NCBI RefSeq assembly: GCF_018350175.1
Contig: NC_058370.1
Span: 100,068,001-100,132,000, forward strand
Direction of reading: 5' to 3'
Source of the DNA: Felis catus
Taxonomy: Eukaryota
DNA: 64,000 bases
Of this stretch, positions 12,541 to 29,402 are shown piece by piece (position 1 is the first letter of the stretch; each line of letters starts with the position of its first letter). Below the pieces are notes generated by a model. It searched no databases, had not been told where the DNA came from, and saw nothing but the letters and a program-made list of their open reading frames with translations. The translations under genes were made by a program, and so were the position numbers.

Positions 12541-12735
12541 CCAGGGTTTCAGCCTTAGAACTATTGACATTTTGGTCCATGTAATTCTTTGTTGTGAGAG
12601 AGTTGTAGGAAATTTGGCACCCTTGGCCTCTACCCGCTGGATGCCAGTAGACATCCCCTCAGTTGCAACAACCCAAAATGTCTCCAGATGTTGTCAAATG
12701 TCCCTTGGAGGGCAAAATCAACCTCATAGAGGACT
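12541..12735 (-). mobile_element. MER20-like DNA transposon
   Basis: AAAATGTCTCCAGATGTTGTCAAATGTCCCTTGGAGGGCAAAATC motif; related to 5204-5408. Confidence 0.7.
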
Positions 12736-13529
12736 ATTACTCCAGGAGAGTGCAGAGTCGAAAGTGAAGATGGCCAAGGGCAGAACCTTCTGCTTCTAAG
12801 GTCACAGTCAGAAAGGAAGAAGGCACATTAGAAGCAATGGGGGGGAGGTGACTGTGTCACAGATGGGGTGGCCAGCAGTGTAACAGTCGACAAAAGGATT
12901 TGGAGACAAAAGAGGCCTTGGCAGTCGTGAGAGCTTTATGATCCCTCAGGAAGCAATTCCAGTTGTGCCTCCTGAATGTGTCTTTCCTTACTTTCTAGCC
13001 TTTCCCCAGAGAGGGAGTAAACTGCCCACTTGGGCCATAAGTAAGAAGACTGGGACAGATGTCAGTGTACCCCCAAAGTTTGCCTGGTTGCTTTGCAGAC
13101 TGTTAACTATTCCTCTTCCACTATTTTCTCATTCTACTTTCTCCATTAGTTTCTTTTTTCATTCATAAAGTGGTCTAGTAGAAATATAGAAATATATATC
13201 CATACCATTTAATCCAAATAATAACCCTGCAAAGCACCTTCATTCTTCTTCCCATTTTGCAGATGAAGAAACTGAAGCTCCCAGAGGGAAGTGGCTTGCC
13301 CAAGACTCTACAGCCAAGGAGTAGGAGAGCTGATCCCCAAATCTTCTGATCACATAGGGACTGAGAATATTCTTCATCACACCGTGATTGCTTCTTTGAC
13401 TGCCACTCCTACCACCTAGCATTTTTCTTTTCAGAGTGACTGATATTCCATCTCTCCTGGGATAGAGCCTTCCTTAACTGTAAGGGAATCAATGACTTGT
13501 TTCTCTTCTTGCACCCTGCCCATATTATC

Positions 13530-15242
13530 ATTTCTTTTTCCTTTCTTTTTCTTTTCTTTTCTTCTCAAGTAAGCTCTAGGCCCAATGTGGGGCTTTAACT
13601 CATGACCTCAAGATCAAGAGGCACATGCTCTTCTGACTGAGCCAGCCAGGCACCCCCATCCGCATAGTACCATTTCTGCTCATTGTGCATTGTTTGGTGC
13701 CTTACTGAGTTCTCATCTTGTGAGGGCATTAGCAAGTGGTCTTCTGCCCAAGGGTAGCATTGTGATGTTTGCACAGTGAGGTGAGGCCAAGCCTGCAGGG
13801 ATTCTGCATGGTGAAGACAAGGTGGAACAGGTTGCAGTCCCAACTCTGGGCCCTAGAGAATCTCCCTAATGGCTGCTGGATCTAGGCCAAGGGTCAGCTC
13901 CCTCGGGGACATCGATGTATATCCAAGGCTGGCAGTGGCATGCTAGACCCCAGTAACTCCTCAACTACTGTCACCTTGATTTCCACCCTGGAAATCCTCC
14001 TTCATTTCTTTCTGCTCTTCTCAGACATTCTACTCTGGCCCTTTGTTTCTTGGCACCTTTCATGTTCCCCTATCCACCATTGCCTTAGCATTTGGACTTT
14101 TTTTTTTTTTTTTTGAGAGAGAGAGGGCGCCAGTGAGCTAGGGACACACAGAGAGAATCCTGTGAGGGGCAAAGAGAGAGGAAGAGAGACACAGAGAAGG
14201 GGGACTGACCCAAAGCAGGGCTCCAGCTCACCCGAAGTGAAGCTCGTGCTCATCTGAGGTGGGACTAGAACTGATGAACCATGAGATCCTGACCTGAGCC
14301 TAAGTCAGATGCTTAAGCGACTGAGCCATCCAGGCTCCCTGGCATTCTTAATAATAGTAATCACAATAGCCACCATTTACTGAGGGTTTTTTCAGTGCCA
14401 GGCACAGACAGTGAGGTAACTGAGGCTTAGAGATGTCACATAAGTCTATCTAAGGTCACACAAATATTAAGGTATGGATCAGCATGTCTAATAGTAAAAG
14501 AAAAGAAACAGGTGAAATTAATTTTATCAATTTTTAAAATTTAATTCAATATACTACAACATTATTTCAACATGTCATCAGTATGTAAAATGACTAGTGA
14601 GATATTTACATTCTTTTTTGCATAACAACTCTTTGAAATACAGAGTGTACTTTATTTACTCTTACATCACTTCTCAGTTCATTCTAATTTGTTTAAAAAA
14701 AAATTTTTTTTTGAGAGAGAGAGTAGGGGAGGGGCAGAGAGAGAGAGACAGAGAGAGAGAATCTGAAATAGACTCCGCACTATCAGGGCTTTGCCTGAGG
14801 ATGTGGGGCTTGAATACAAGAGCCATGAGATCATGATCTGAGCCAAAGTCAACCACTGAGCCTCCCAGGGGCCCCTCACTTCTCAGTTCAGATTAGCCAT
14901 AGTTCAAGTACTATGTTCACAGTATACAGTACATAGTACTATGTGCACATGAGGTCAGTGGCTACTGTACTGGACAGCACAAGTACAGATCAAGGATTCT
15001 GACCCACCTCCACTTGATCACTTTATAGCTTTTTTTTTTTTAATGTTATTTATTTTTGAGACAGAGAGAGATGGAGCATGAACAGGGGAGGGGCAGAGAG
15101 AGAGGGAGACACAGGATCTGAAGCAGGCTCCAGGCTCCGAGCTGTCAGCACAGAGCCCCACGCGGGGCTTGAACCCACTAATGGTCAGATCATGACCTGA
15201 GCCGAAGTCGGATGCTGAACCTACTGAGCCACCCAGGCGCCT
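13530..15242 (-). mobile_element. Four minus-strand Can-SINEs (~13530-13657, ~14098-14339, ~14700-14875 inside a MER3/MER33-like element, ~15030-15242)
   Basis: Poly(T) + (GA)n + GAGATCATGACCTGAG-type cores. Confidence 0.82.
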
Positions 15243-16438
15243 CTACTTTATAGCTTTTCTAAGGATGGTGAAAGCAGGCTGGTACTGTCCATCAAAATTC
15301 AGGTTTGCAAAATATAATAATATCTAAATTGGGATAAGATTTCATTATAAAGTAGAATAAAGTGTCTCAAAACTGAGGTCCAAAATTTGTTAAATCCTTT
15401 GAAAAAGCATGTGTTAGAGAAGCTGACATTTCCCTCTTAGAACTGATACTTCTGGGATGGGACAGGAATGTTTGTTCCCTTTTGCGTGACCCTGTTATTG
15501 TTCTGTCTTCATAAATACCATCCAGGAAGACTGGATTTTCTCTGGCCTGGAGCCAGGTGGTGGAAAAATCCTTTGCCCTGGGGCCCTTCTCTGGTCCATA
15601 AGGCAGGCATCTGACCATTTCTGACTCGGCTCACCAACCCCTCATGGTGGCTCCTGAAGGGATTGTTGAACTCTGGGAGGAAAGAAGGGGTTGGTTAGCC
15701 GTCATTTCCTGGTTATAACAGTGGATAGGTCTTTGTTCTGGACACTTTGCCAGGCACACTGCATGTGCTATCCTTTTATACCTCCCCACCATCCTCTGAC
15801 ATCATCATTAGCACCTGCAAAACCCAGAGAGGTGAAGAGGTTCATTCAGGGTCACACAGCTAATAACCCAGAGCTTTCTGACACCACAGCCAAAGATCAC
15901 AGCATTCCAGACTTTGGAGGTTTTAATACTTTCTGACCACCCATAAACATGGGAACGAGGGTTGCCGGCAAGAAATTTTCATATCTGTGTTCTGTTTCTA
16001 TGTTAATTAGCCCTGGCAGGGTGCTTAGGGTTGATTTCAGTCTGTAAGTTTTGGGGTCAGATATTCAGGACATTAAAAAAAAAAGAGAGAGAGAGAGAGA
16101 GAGACAGCTTCCCTTTCTATATCGGGAGGTCAGCGTCAGGAAACCTAGGAGGGCTGCTTGATCTTTCTTTTCTTGTTCCTGATGAGTTAGAAGACCTTTG
16201 GTGCCCGGGAGCCCTGTTGCTTTAAGCCTAAGCCCTGGTTTGGGAGGAGACTGGGAGGGCAATGGAGGGTGCCCGCCTACCTGGGGGAACCTGCCGGAGG
16301 TGAGGCTGGAACCGCTCGGGATGCGAGGTGGGCGGGGGCAGGCTGAAAGTTGGAGCAAGCAGGAAGTGAGCCGAGGGCCGCCCGGGAGGAAACAGACTAG
16401 GCGAGTTTGCCGCTGACAGGCCTGAGCCGCTTGGAGAC

Positions 16439-19342
<2,904 letters not shown>

Positions 19343-19620
19343 GGAGCCCCTCCCCTGCCCCCCGTCCTCCTCTTCAGGGAAGCCCTCCATAGTGGGTGCC
19401 AAGAAGGGCCCTCTCTCCCATCCTCAGCAGGAAATGCTGCTCTGTCCTCCCGCCCCTCATTCTGAGGCCCCGCTGCCATACTGTCTGCCCCAGGGAGCAC
19501 CTTGGTCCCCTGGAAGGAGAGAGCCGGACCATGGCTGCACTTCATGGGCTCTCAGAGTTGGTTGGAGAGACACCCAGAAGGCCCAGCATGTGGCTGGGAA
19601 ACTGATGGTGGCCAGTGGGC

Positions 19621-19626
19621 AATAAA
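19621..19626 (+). terminator. VAMP8 polyadenylation signal
   Basis: AATAAA ~280 nt after the stop, followed by T-rich sequence. Confidence 0.75.
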
Positions 19627-20082
19627 GACCTTTCAGTATCCCTACACATGTGAGGTAATTTCTCCCCTTCCATTTTGCCTTTGGCCCTTCTATTTCTTTT
19701 CCCCCTGGGCACGCCTTCTGGCTGAGATTCTCGTATTTGAGGTCCAAGTTGTTGGAGGGGTAGAGAGTGTATATTTGGAGAAGAAAGATGGAGCCTCCTC
19801 ATTCTTCTCTATTATCCACAGGTCTCAAGAACCAGAATTTTCTGAGGGTCTCAGCAAATGGAAAATTCAAAATCATTTTAGGGTGGTGTGCAAGACTCCT
19901 AAGTGTCCATCTTGGGTCTTGCCACGTCCCTTTGTTACTTTTCTGCAGGAAGCGTTAGCCGAGACAGCCTGAGGGCCTCCTGCCTCTCCTGTCATTGCCA
20001 TCTCTCTTCTGTGGCCCTGTTGCAGTTGAGTGAGGGGTTGGAGGAACCGGGCGCTTTTCCTTCTCTTTGGTTCTTCAAAGGT

Positions 20083-20200
20083 CTTTTTTTTTTTTTTTTT
20101 TTTTTTTTTTTAGTAATCTCTACAACCCATCATGGGGCTTATCCTCACAACCCCGAGATCAAGAGTCTCATGCTCTTCCGACTGAGCCAGCTGGGTGCCC
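20083..20200 (-). mobile_element. Short Can-SINE
   Basis: Poly(T) then GAGATCAAGAGTC...CTGAGCCAGCTGGGTGCCCC. Confidence 0.8.
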
Positions 20201-21259
20201 CTGGTTCTACAAAGTTCTATTTGTCTTTTGTCTGCCCCTGCCCCTTTGGGACTTAGCAGGGCCTCTGGGTCTCAGCTGAGGGGGCGAGCATCTCTCCCCA
20301 TGTCTCGTGGTTGGGCCCAGTCAGTGTCATAGGACAGGGCCTATGGCCCTCCTTCCCCTCCATGTACAATGGGCCTCTTTGTCTTTGGGCTTCCCTCCTC
20401 CCCACCAGGTTCCACCTCATTGCCACTCTTTCCTCTCTCTTGGTTTGGGGAAAGGGTTCTTGTCATCTCTGTCCCTATTTCTCCCCTGGGCTTTCCAGTA
20501 TTAAAACAAAACAAAACAAAACAAAACAAAAACCTGTTTTGGGGAGGGGGTGTAGAAGGAACAGGTTTGGGAGACAGAATCTGGGACTCCTACTGGCAAG
20601 TCCTGAAATCGTACTCTGAAAGCCAAGGAGGAAAAAGAAAAAAAAAAAAGAAAAAAAAAAAAAAAAAGCCCTCTGGTCTGTCTTTGTCCTCCTAGGTCAG
20701 ACTACAGCCATCCTCTCTCCTCAGGCCACTCCTGGACTCAAGGTCCACAGAACTGGGGTGAAACCTCTTCCCTGGGACCCAGAGTGCCCAGGGTGGGGAT
20801 GAGGGCTGTGCTCACAGGGGCTCAACCCAAGGAGGGAAGCCCTCAACCTCCTTCCTCAAGAGCAGCCACAGTTGTGTTGGGGGTGGCAGGGGGTGGGGTG
20901 GAGAACAGGTGGCTGTGACTTGTTTGCAGCAGTGAGAGGAGAGGGGGAGAACGGGTAGAGTCAGGAAGGCTCTGGAGGGGTGGCCTCGCCCATCTTCCGA
21001 TGGAGGAGCAGGGTCATATGAGGGCAGGGCTGCAGCTGCCCTTGTGGTGAAGAGGGAAATACAGAAAAGCCAGAACTAGCACCTTCTTCATGGGGGTCCG
21101 TTTTCTTTTTTAAGCCAGGCGCCATTCACACAACATACAGTGTATACGTGTACGTACAATTGTAACACACAGCGGTGCCGTTTCAAAGTAGACAATTCAG
21201 TGGTAGGTAGTGCATTCACAATGTTGATTGTGAATAAACTTTCTTTCGTTCCAAAACTT

Positions 21260-21960
21260 TCTTGCGGAGTCGGTTTTTGGGCACCGGTGGCATGCATTCA
21301 CCGAGGTGGCAGAGACCCCGCCTGGCTGGCGGTCCGCGTCGTCTCTAGCACAGCGCCATCGCCGTGGCACTGGGACGGTTGCTTGTTGCGGGCGATGCCT
21401 GTCTCCAGAGCCCACTTCACTGGGCCCCCCGACGTGTGGGGGTGCCGAACGCAGAACGAGCCCCCGGCTGCTCAGGCGCAGGCGCCCGGTTCCGGGGGCT
21501 GGGGAGCCAGGCGAAGCTGGGCCGGACGCCTGCAGCTTTCGCTTTTCGTTGGCCCGGGTGCGGGCTCGGGGCAGGCGCGCCCCCCGCCCCCGCGGCCGCG
21601 GCCCCGCCCCTCCGCTTCCTCCCGGGTGTGTGGCACCGGGGCCGCTCGGCGACAGAGGAGCGGGAGCCGGCCCAGCGGCGGCAGCAGCGATGGTGAGGGC
21701 CCCGGGCGGGGCGGAGCCGACCGTGCAGGGAGGCAATGGGCGACGTGTGGGTGGGAGGCCGGAGTCTGAAGTCCGAGGTGGGAGGCGACCTCCGGGATCC
21801 GCGCCGGTCCCCCGGTGAGGTGGCCACCGCCAGGAGCAGGATGGGGGCCAGAGCCTCCACTCGGGGCGCGCGGGCTGGGGAGAGAAAGTTTGGCCGCCTT
21901 GGCGCAGTGAGCGCGACTCGGGCTCCCCCCTTCCCTGAGCCTCGCGGTTACGGAGTCAGA
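21260..21960 (+). promoter_or_regulatory. VAMP5 CpG-island promoter
   Basis: Dense CpG and tandem GC boxes (CCCCGCCCC ~21582 and ~21602). Confidence 0.75.
21690..21692 (+). CDS. VAMP5: VAMP5 exon 1 coding part (ATG only)
   Basis: gcgATG|gtgagg within a CpG island. Confidence 0.88.
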
Positions 21961-24900
21961 CTCCAGGCTGAGATCCTGGTCGTGGCCACTTACCGGCTGG
22001 CTCTGTGAGCCCGGGCAAGTCACTTAACCTTCCTGAGCCTCCTTTTCCGCATCTGTGAAGTGGGGTCAGCAATACCCGCCTTGCCGGTCCTTGTGAGGTT
22101 AAGGGAGATCCAATGGCAGAGCCCTGCCTGGCACTCAGAACCTTCTCCTGAGAAGTGGTAGGTAATGTGATGACCTCTTCAGCCTTTCCTGGAGCTGTGA
22201 AGAGCCAAGTGTGGCCTGGGAGTTGGAAACCTGAGCAGATGGGCTGCCAGAGGCTCTGCCAGCCCCATGGCAGGGTGTTGGAGGGCACAGTCCTTCCCCT
22301 GGGGAAAGATCAAGGGAGATGTTTACCATGAAAGTTCCACTGAAGTTACCAGAGTGTGGCACAGGCCTGACTCCTAACCTCTGCCTAGGGACACATTCTG
22401 GAGGTGAGTCATCCCCCACTCCTGCTGCAGACTCTGGCCTGTGTCCCCACTTGCCAGCCATGAGGCAAAGGTGTCAGGAACAGGTGGTGCCAGTTGCTTC
22501 CTCTGTCCCCTGGACTCCTGGGAAGATGGGCTGGGCAGGAAGCAGGCTCGGTGCTTTAAGATTCTGCCCTGGAGAAGCTGGCAGAGGTGTGATGGATGTG
22601 GCCTGGCTGGGGGTTATGATGCCTGGATGGCCTCATCTCTAGGGAACTGGAGGCAGGAAGAGGAAGTGGGGCAGGAAGGTTGCACTGAGCTCTAAGGCCA
22701 CGCCAGGAAACTGAGGGAGGCTCCAAGAATGGGACAGAGCTCAGAGCCCACTTCCTAGCATGCAGGGCAAGGGATCAGCCAGGGCTAGGGGTGGGCTTCC
22801 AGTTGGCCTCTAGCACTTGGGGAGAAGAGGAAACTCCTGAAATGAAGGCTGAGGCCAGGATAATTTAGTGAGGGGTACTGGAAAACTCTGGCACTCTCAT
22901 AGGCTCACCTGAGGCAAATAGTGAATCAGAGCCCAGGGAAGGTACATTGACCTTTCTCCCCTACCCGTCTCCTAGCCCCATCCCTCTGTTTCTTTCAGTC
23001 TTGCCCCTTTCTCTGCCCCCAGCGCTTTCCCTTCCTTCTTCCACCCCCTTCCCTCCTTGGTCTTTCTTCCTTGTCCTCCTCTGATTCATTCAATCAACAA
23101 GTATTTCTTGGGCATTTCTTCTGTGCCAGTCATGGTGGCAGGTACAGGTGATAGAGCAGGAACAAAGAGTGATGGGAAAGATGACAACTGAATGGGTAAG
23201 AGCTTGAATTCATTCATCTTCTGGATGGTCCTCTCGTATGCACTGTCCAGTGAATGTGGGTTTTGAACCATGGGCTTCCCTCGTGTGCGCACCAGTGGAA
23301 CTGGCAGCATCAGAAGGTCTGGGGAGTCTTTACCTAGCCAGCTAAAGTATTTGACCTCCCTGTACTTGCATTCACTTTAGCACAGTGGTTAAGAATATGA
23401 TTCTTGGAGTTTACAGTGTATTGGTTCAACTCCCAGATCGTCTACTTACTGCCTCTGTGACCTTGGACAGATGGTTTAACCCCTCTGAGCCTCAGTTTCT
23501 TATAAAACTGGGATAACAGCATGCCTTCAGTGGGTTGTGAGGATTAAATAAGATAAGGAGGACAAACAGCAGGCAGTGCTTAGCTCTGTGTCCATTGAAT
23601 GGTGGCCGTTATTACTGTCAGGATGTACAGCCTTCTCAGCAGCCTGTAGTGCTTGATGGAAATACTCGATGCAGGTTATCAAAGGCCCCTGTAAAGTTAG
23701 AGACAATTAAGCACACAGGTTTGCAATAAGGAAGAACTTGCTTGGCTGTGTATTTTGTAAAAATATCTAAGAGGTTTTAATGATCACACATATTGTGTAG
23801 TTCTTGAGATCTGACTGCTAAGAAAAAAACATCAGTGAGGGAAGATTGGGCTCCATTAATGACAATAGCTCTTGTTTATTGAGCACTTAGTATGCGACAG
23901 GTATTGTGACAAGCACTTTGTTCGTAACATGTCACGGGCCCTAGCTAACATTATGGTAGATATTATTCTTGTCACCACTTTACGGATGAGGCAGTGGAGG
24001 ATCAGAAAGGTCATGTAGTGGACGAGTGGCAGAGGCAAGATTTGAAGGAACCCAGGGCTGCAATGCTGAGCCCTCGTTCTTAACTCTCAGCTCAGGTAAG
24101 TGCTGACCTAGGAAGGAGCTGATACACCGCTTTGCTGCCCCAGTCCTCTGACTAGAACAACGGTGACAGCTGGAATAGGGGTTCTTGGGCACTAGCCAAG
24201 AAAGAAAGGAGACGGGAGAGTTACGACAGGGAGGTTTGGGAAAGCTTTGTTTTCAGAGGCACCTACGGTATTTGGCCTGGAGAAACCGGAGATGTTTGAG
24301 GGTTGAAGGCAGGATATTCTGTACAGAGGGCTAACGGTCTATCAAGAACATTTCCTGTGTAACTGCCACCCCCTGTCTACCAACCATGCTGATGCTCCCC
24401 CTCCACTGCACAGCCTCAGCCCTGCAGACCCCAAGCAGGGCTGGCAAGTGCCCCTCCCACCCATCCTTCCTCTCTATGCTCTTTGCTCCCCACTACCTGG
24501 CAACCCCACACCCCTGCTGGTGGCATTTGTCCACCTCTTCTGGCTGTTCTCTCTGCCTGGGAGTTTTCTCACTGCCGTCTACCACCAATAGAGAAATTAT
24601 TCTGAAGACCCTCTCCAGTGTCCCCCACTTGGCTTGGAAGTCTACCCTAGGTCGTGTTCTGTTCCTCCAAGTGACTGTCCCCTTCTTGACTTTTACCGCG
24701 TGTGTTCTCTGGCCCCACCCTGCCCCCCTCCGCCCTTACCCTCTGCCTGGTGTGTCTTTGCCTGAATGCCCCAACTCCACCCCATCCTGTAAGGGCTCAT
24801 CCACCCGGTCTGTCTCAGTTCACAGGAATCCACTCTCTGAGGGAGGCTCCAACACTGGGTATGTGTATCTCACAGCACAGCCCTTCACTCTTCTCTCATG

Positions 24901-27900
24901 ATGTCCTATATGTCTCTTTCCCTCAGTCTATAGTGGGCTTCTTAAGAACAGGCACAGTTCATTCAGAAATTTTTTTCCGCGTGTCCACTGTGTGCCAGGC
25001 ACTATGTTGAGTTCACTGTGGCAGGTGTAGTGTGGCCCTGCCCTCTGGTCCCTTACCTCCTTCCACATTCTGTGGTTATTTCTCACTGTGCCAGTAGGGA
25101 CCTATGCATACAGTGTCCTTTTTCTGCTAGTTGAGAGAGGACCCAGGAGGGCCAGGGACTTGAGCCCGGGGCCTCTGTGTTCCCTGGAGCGAATGTGTTC
25201 TTTTAGGCCTGGTCCCACCTTGGCTCCGGACAGGCCTGGCTTCGCAGTGGGGGGAGGAGGCTGCAGATTGCAGCAGGAAGCACAGCCAACTCTCTTGGGG
25301 AATGTGACCCAGTGTCACCCCACGTTGGAGAATAAGAGAATAATAGCTGGAGTTTTCAGAGTAGAAACACAGTCATATTCAGCATCCTACCAACCTCTAG
25401 CAGTGATTGTCATTTCGGATCTTTGTCCATTCTCAAGTTTTTGCCTTGGGCTGTTACGAATGGGGGGATGCCTTGGGCCATGTGAATGTGAACTATGTGA
25501 GCTTGTTGACTAACGTGGTAGTAATAAGAGTGGTGATGATTACTGGGGAAAAGTTAGTGATGGGGGCAGCTTCCCTGCTCTCTGCATTATTGCTTTGTTC
25601 CCCAGTTTCTGCTCCCCCAGCCTGTGAGTGCACCCCTCTGTCATAGTTTGCCTGCCCCCTCTCCAAGCAGGTTGCTTTTCTAAGCTCATGGGTAAATATT
25701 GACCTACTTGGGTTTCAGATGCCTGCCCCACGAAACTCCTGCTGGGCTAGATAAACACACTGGGAAAATATCTCTTGAGACTAAGAGCTGCTCTTGGATA
25801 GGCTATAATGTGATGACCCGCTCAATGAGTCCTTGCAATGGTCAGCACTGTGCTGGCCCCCCCAGGCCACCAGGATGGGGGGCAGACAGAGGTAGCCCTT
25901 CCCCCTGGGGCCTGTGGTCTAGCTGGGAAGATAGGACTCATGTACTGGGAATGCTTGGAGGTTGTGTGCAAGACAGCTGCAAGGATCCTGAATGCGGATT
26001 CTTGCCTGAGTAGGAGTGGCTCTCCGTGAACACCGGATCCCTCCCCTTTCTCTGGTTTTAAGTGGAATTCAGTCAAGTGCCAAAATGTCTGCTGCAGACA
26101 ATGGGCAATATGGTCTGGCAGGAAAGGGAGCTTGGCTAGTGCTCTGTGGGGAGGAGATGAGAACAGGGACGGGCTGTGGGGGAACTAGGCTGGGAGAAGG
26201 GAGTTGCTGTGGTTTGTTAATCTGCTGGTATTCATCTCCCTGACATGTCCCTGGACCTGCTCCTGGACTTCCAGCTTTTACTGGGGCCTCCTGCCCTAGA
26301 TCTCACTCGGTTGCGTGTGTCCAAAGCCCAGTCCCTTTCTTGCTTGTGATGCATGCTCTCTTCCTCTCTCCTGTTCTCTCAGCCCCCCGCCACCTCCCCA
26401 CTTGAACCCTGCATCTGCCTTCCTCTGAAATTACCTGGGTTCTTCTGTCTGGTGTGGTTGCTGCCCAAGCTGAGAAGTCTAAGAGTAGGTCTCATCTCTG
26501 TGAGTTGGACCCTAGTGAAGACAGTGGGTGGCTGGAAGGCTAAGGCCAAAGGCCAGGGAGGCTGAGGTTCCCAGGCAGACAGGGAATCAGTTTTGAGCAC
26601 TGATACGGGAGCAGGGTCATCCCAGGAGGCAGAAGTGGCCTGACCAGTCAGAGGGAGGGTTGATCTTCCCAGTTTGTTTCTGTGTGTGTGTCTGTGGGAT
26701 TAGGCAGAACCTATGATGTGTGGTGGTCTGAAGTGACCTTCCTAGCCCCGTGGGGGTAGATCTCCTCCCCGTCTGGCTTCTAGCCATGTAGCTTGGTGCC
26801 CTCTTCTTTGGTGCTTCCTTAGGCCAGTGGGAAGCCACAGGGCAGGTACACATTGGGGAGAGGCCATCCTAGAGCGGGTGAGCAAAGTACCTGCTTTGTG
26901 GGAGGGTGCGATTCTGGGAGGTTTCCATCCTCAGGCATCTTAGAGGATGCTGAGATGCTGAAAGCCAAGGCTGACCTAGGACTGCCTTGATGGGCAAGGA
27001 GGAGAAGCTGTGAGAGCAGAGGCAAGCCACACACACTCAGGAGACTTGGTCCTTTCCCTCTGTACATATCATACCCTTGCATGTAAGATGCTGTTACCCT
27101 ATCCATACATTATCTCCACCCCACACACAGTGGGGGCAAGGAGGCCGCTAGGTCTCAGGATCAGGTGGGGGCCTCCTGCAGTTCTGACCTTGGGCTTGGC
27201 GCCCAGGCAGGGAAAGAGTTGGAACGGTGCCAGCGGCAGGCGGACGAGGTGACGGAAATCATGCTCAACAACTTCGACAAGGTCCTGGAGCGCGATGGAA
27301 AACTGGCAGAGCTGGAGCAGCGTTCTGACCAACTCCTGGACATGGTGTGAGGCCTGGGGGAGCAGGGATGGGGGAGGGAGAGGCCAGAAGGGGTCCTCAG
27401 AGAGAAAGTTCTCAGGCCGTGCTCAGGGTCTCCTTGGTGGGGTCTGAGGCTTGCCTGTGGGGCAGTGTGAGGCCTGTGACTTTGTTGAGGCACCTTTAGC
27501 CTAGATATGCTCCAGGTAGGCCTCATGAAGTAAGAAGTCCTTCGTATGGAGCTGTGGAGCTTTGTAAAGGGCTGGTATTGTTAACTGGGGGTGAGTCTGT
27601 AGGGCTGTGAGTCAAGGGCTACACCAGTGTCTGAGACCAAGAGTCAGGCTGGGAGGATTCCAGGGCAGGCTATGTGGAGAAGGGGAGCAGACAGGCTGGG
27701 AAGATGCAGAAGGAGACTAGGCCCTTCCGGGGAGGTGAGGTTGGGAGACCGTGGCCCTGGATCTCTAGGGGAACCACTAACTCCCACCCTGTGTCTGGCG
27801 ATGTCCACAGAGCTCAGCCTTCAGCAAGACAACCAAGACCCTGGCCCAGAAGAAGAGCTGGGAGAACATCCGATGCCGGATCTACTTGGGGCTGGTGGTG

Positions 27901-28020
27901 GGTGGCGGCCTGCTCGTCATCCTGATTGTGCTCCTGGCCATCTTTCTCCCACAGAGCAGTGAGGGCAGCAGTGCCCCACAGGCCCAGGACGCAGGCGCTG
28001 CCTCAGGGCCTGGGGACTGA
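21690..28020 (+). CDS. VAMP5: Vesicle-associated membrane protein 5 (myobrevin), R-SNARE, 116 aa
   Basis: join(21690-21692, 27207-27344, 27811-28020): M|[46 protein letters not shown]|[69 protein letters not shown]. Confidence 0.97.
27207..27344 (+). CDS. VAMP5: VAMP5 exon 2 (138 nt)
   Basis: gcccag| acceptor and ATG|gtgtga donor; SNARE motif. Confidence 0.95.
27811..28020 (+). CDS. VAMP5: VAMP5 exon 3 coding part
   Basis: ccacag| acceptor; TM helix, luminal tail, TGA stop. Confidence 0.96.
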   Translation, partial: SSAFSKTTKTLAQKKSWENIRCRIYLGLVVGGGLLVILIVLLAIFLPQSSEGSSAPQAQDAGAASGPGD

Positions 28021-28231
28021 CCCAGCTGGGCCTGAGGAGTGGCCGATGGCCATACTGGCTGGTTCTGGTCTCCAGAGAACCCTGGTGTTTGCTCCCACCT
28101 GAGCCACCCAACTGAGTGCTGAAGAGCATCCCTGATGTGTGCACCTTTGCATCTCCTATCACGCCACAGACTGGCCCTTGAGGGCAGCCTGCTGCACTGG
28201 CCATGCCAGGCCAGCCCCACCTGGAGCTCAG

Positions 28232-28276
28232 TAAAAGCTGCTGTTTGGTTAAAAGCTGCTGTTTGGCTAAAAGCTG
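28232..28276 (+). repeat. 18-bp tandem repeat (2.5 copies) at the VAMP5 3' end
   Basis: TAAAAGCTGCTGTTTGG at 28232 and 28250; partial copy at 28268. Confidence 0.9.
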
Positions 28277-29402
28277 GAGTGTCTGTGTGTGTGTATGTCT
28301 GAAGCTCTCCAGGTTGCCTACACTCCTGGGGTTGCTTAGAAAGTCTACCGTCCAAGGGACTTTATCCCTGGGAGATGGCCCCTCTCCTTTCCCTTCCATA
28401 CTTGATTCAGCCCTACCCAGACAGATCCTTCTGGAGTGCAGGTGGAAAGACAGAGTGGTTCTCAAACGTGACCCTTCAACCAGCACCCTCTGAGCCTGTT
28501 TCCCTAGGAATGAAATCTATTATTTTTCTGATGTCTTGAGGATACTCAGTATAGGACTCCAGGAGAAGAAAGTACTTCAAAGATGTTTATATGACGAGGC
28601 TCTCACCTTTGGATAGGCTTTTCCCTCTCTGAACCCCACCCCCCTCCCCAGCTCAATTTCTCTATGTTCTTCCTCAAGCTTGACACCTGATTACAGATGA
28701 GGCAGACAGCAGTGAAAAAGGGAAGAGCTTCAAAGGTGCAGCAGTGCGCAGTCACAAGGGACGGCCTAGGGTTTGCCCTGTAGGAAAGGATTTGGCCTTT
28801 TCAGAGCTCCATGGCCACACAGGGCCAAGCAGGCAGTGCCTTCAGGGTCACAGGAAAGACGATGAAAGAGTAAAGGCCATGGAAGAAGGAAAGAAGGTCC
28901 TACCAAGACTGAGGAAGCTGGGCAATCTCTGCCTGGCTACTTGACTGCCTCTCAAGCTCAAGTGTGGGTGGAAGGAAAATTCAGGGTCAAGTATGTAACA
29001 GAAGCAGTTCCTTGTTAGGCAGAGTGAGGACTACTGACAGAGAAATAAGAACAAACCTGAGAGTTGTGTGGAGCTTTACCCATCACAGGGCTTGTTACTT
29101 CTACTGGGCTCATTACCATCTTCTTTTCCTGAGAAAGATGGAGAAAAACACTTGGCCCTGCAGTTGGTCAGCAAAACCACTTAGAGGCCACGTGAATTTG
29201 GGCAAGCCACTTCCGGGACTTGGGTTTTACATATGTAAAAAGGGACATACTTAACTCCCAGAACAATCATGAGGATTATTTATACTGAGTGTAAAACATC
29301 CATCAATGTAATGGTTCTAGATGCCAAATAAATGGTAGCTATCATCCAAATCATTTAGTGCAGTAGTCCTCAGCCCAGCCTCACAGTAGGAATCACCTGT
29401 AG

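Noticed and set aside
21140-22023. Several 150-210 aa ORFs on both strands
   Set aside because: Stop-poor CpG island of VAMP5; low-complexity Pro/Arg/Gly/Ala translations.
27204-27210. Tandem acceptor CAGGCAG at VAMP5 exon 2
   Set aside because: The second AG is 4 nt downstream and would frameshift; a common chance motif with no supporting evidence.
28232-28276. Short direct repeats as a CRISPR-like array
   Set aside because: No spacers, 2.5 copies, eukaryotic 3' UTR context.
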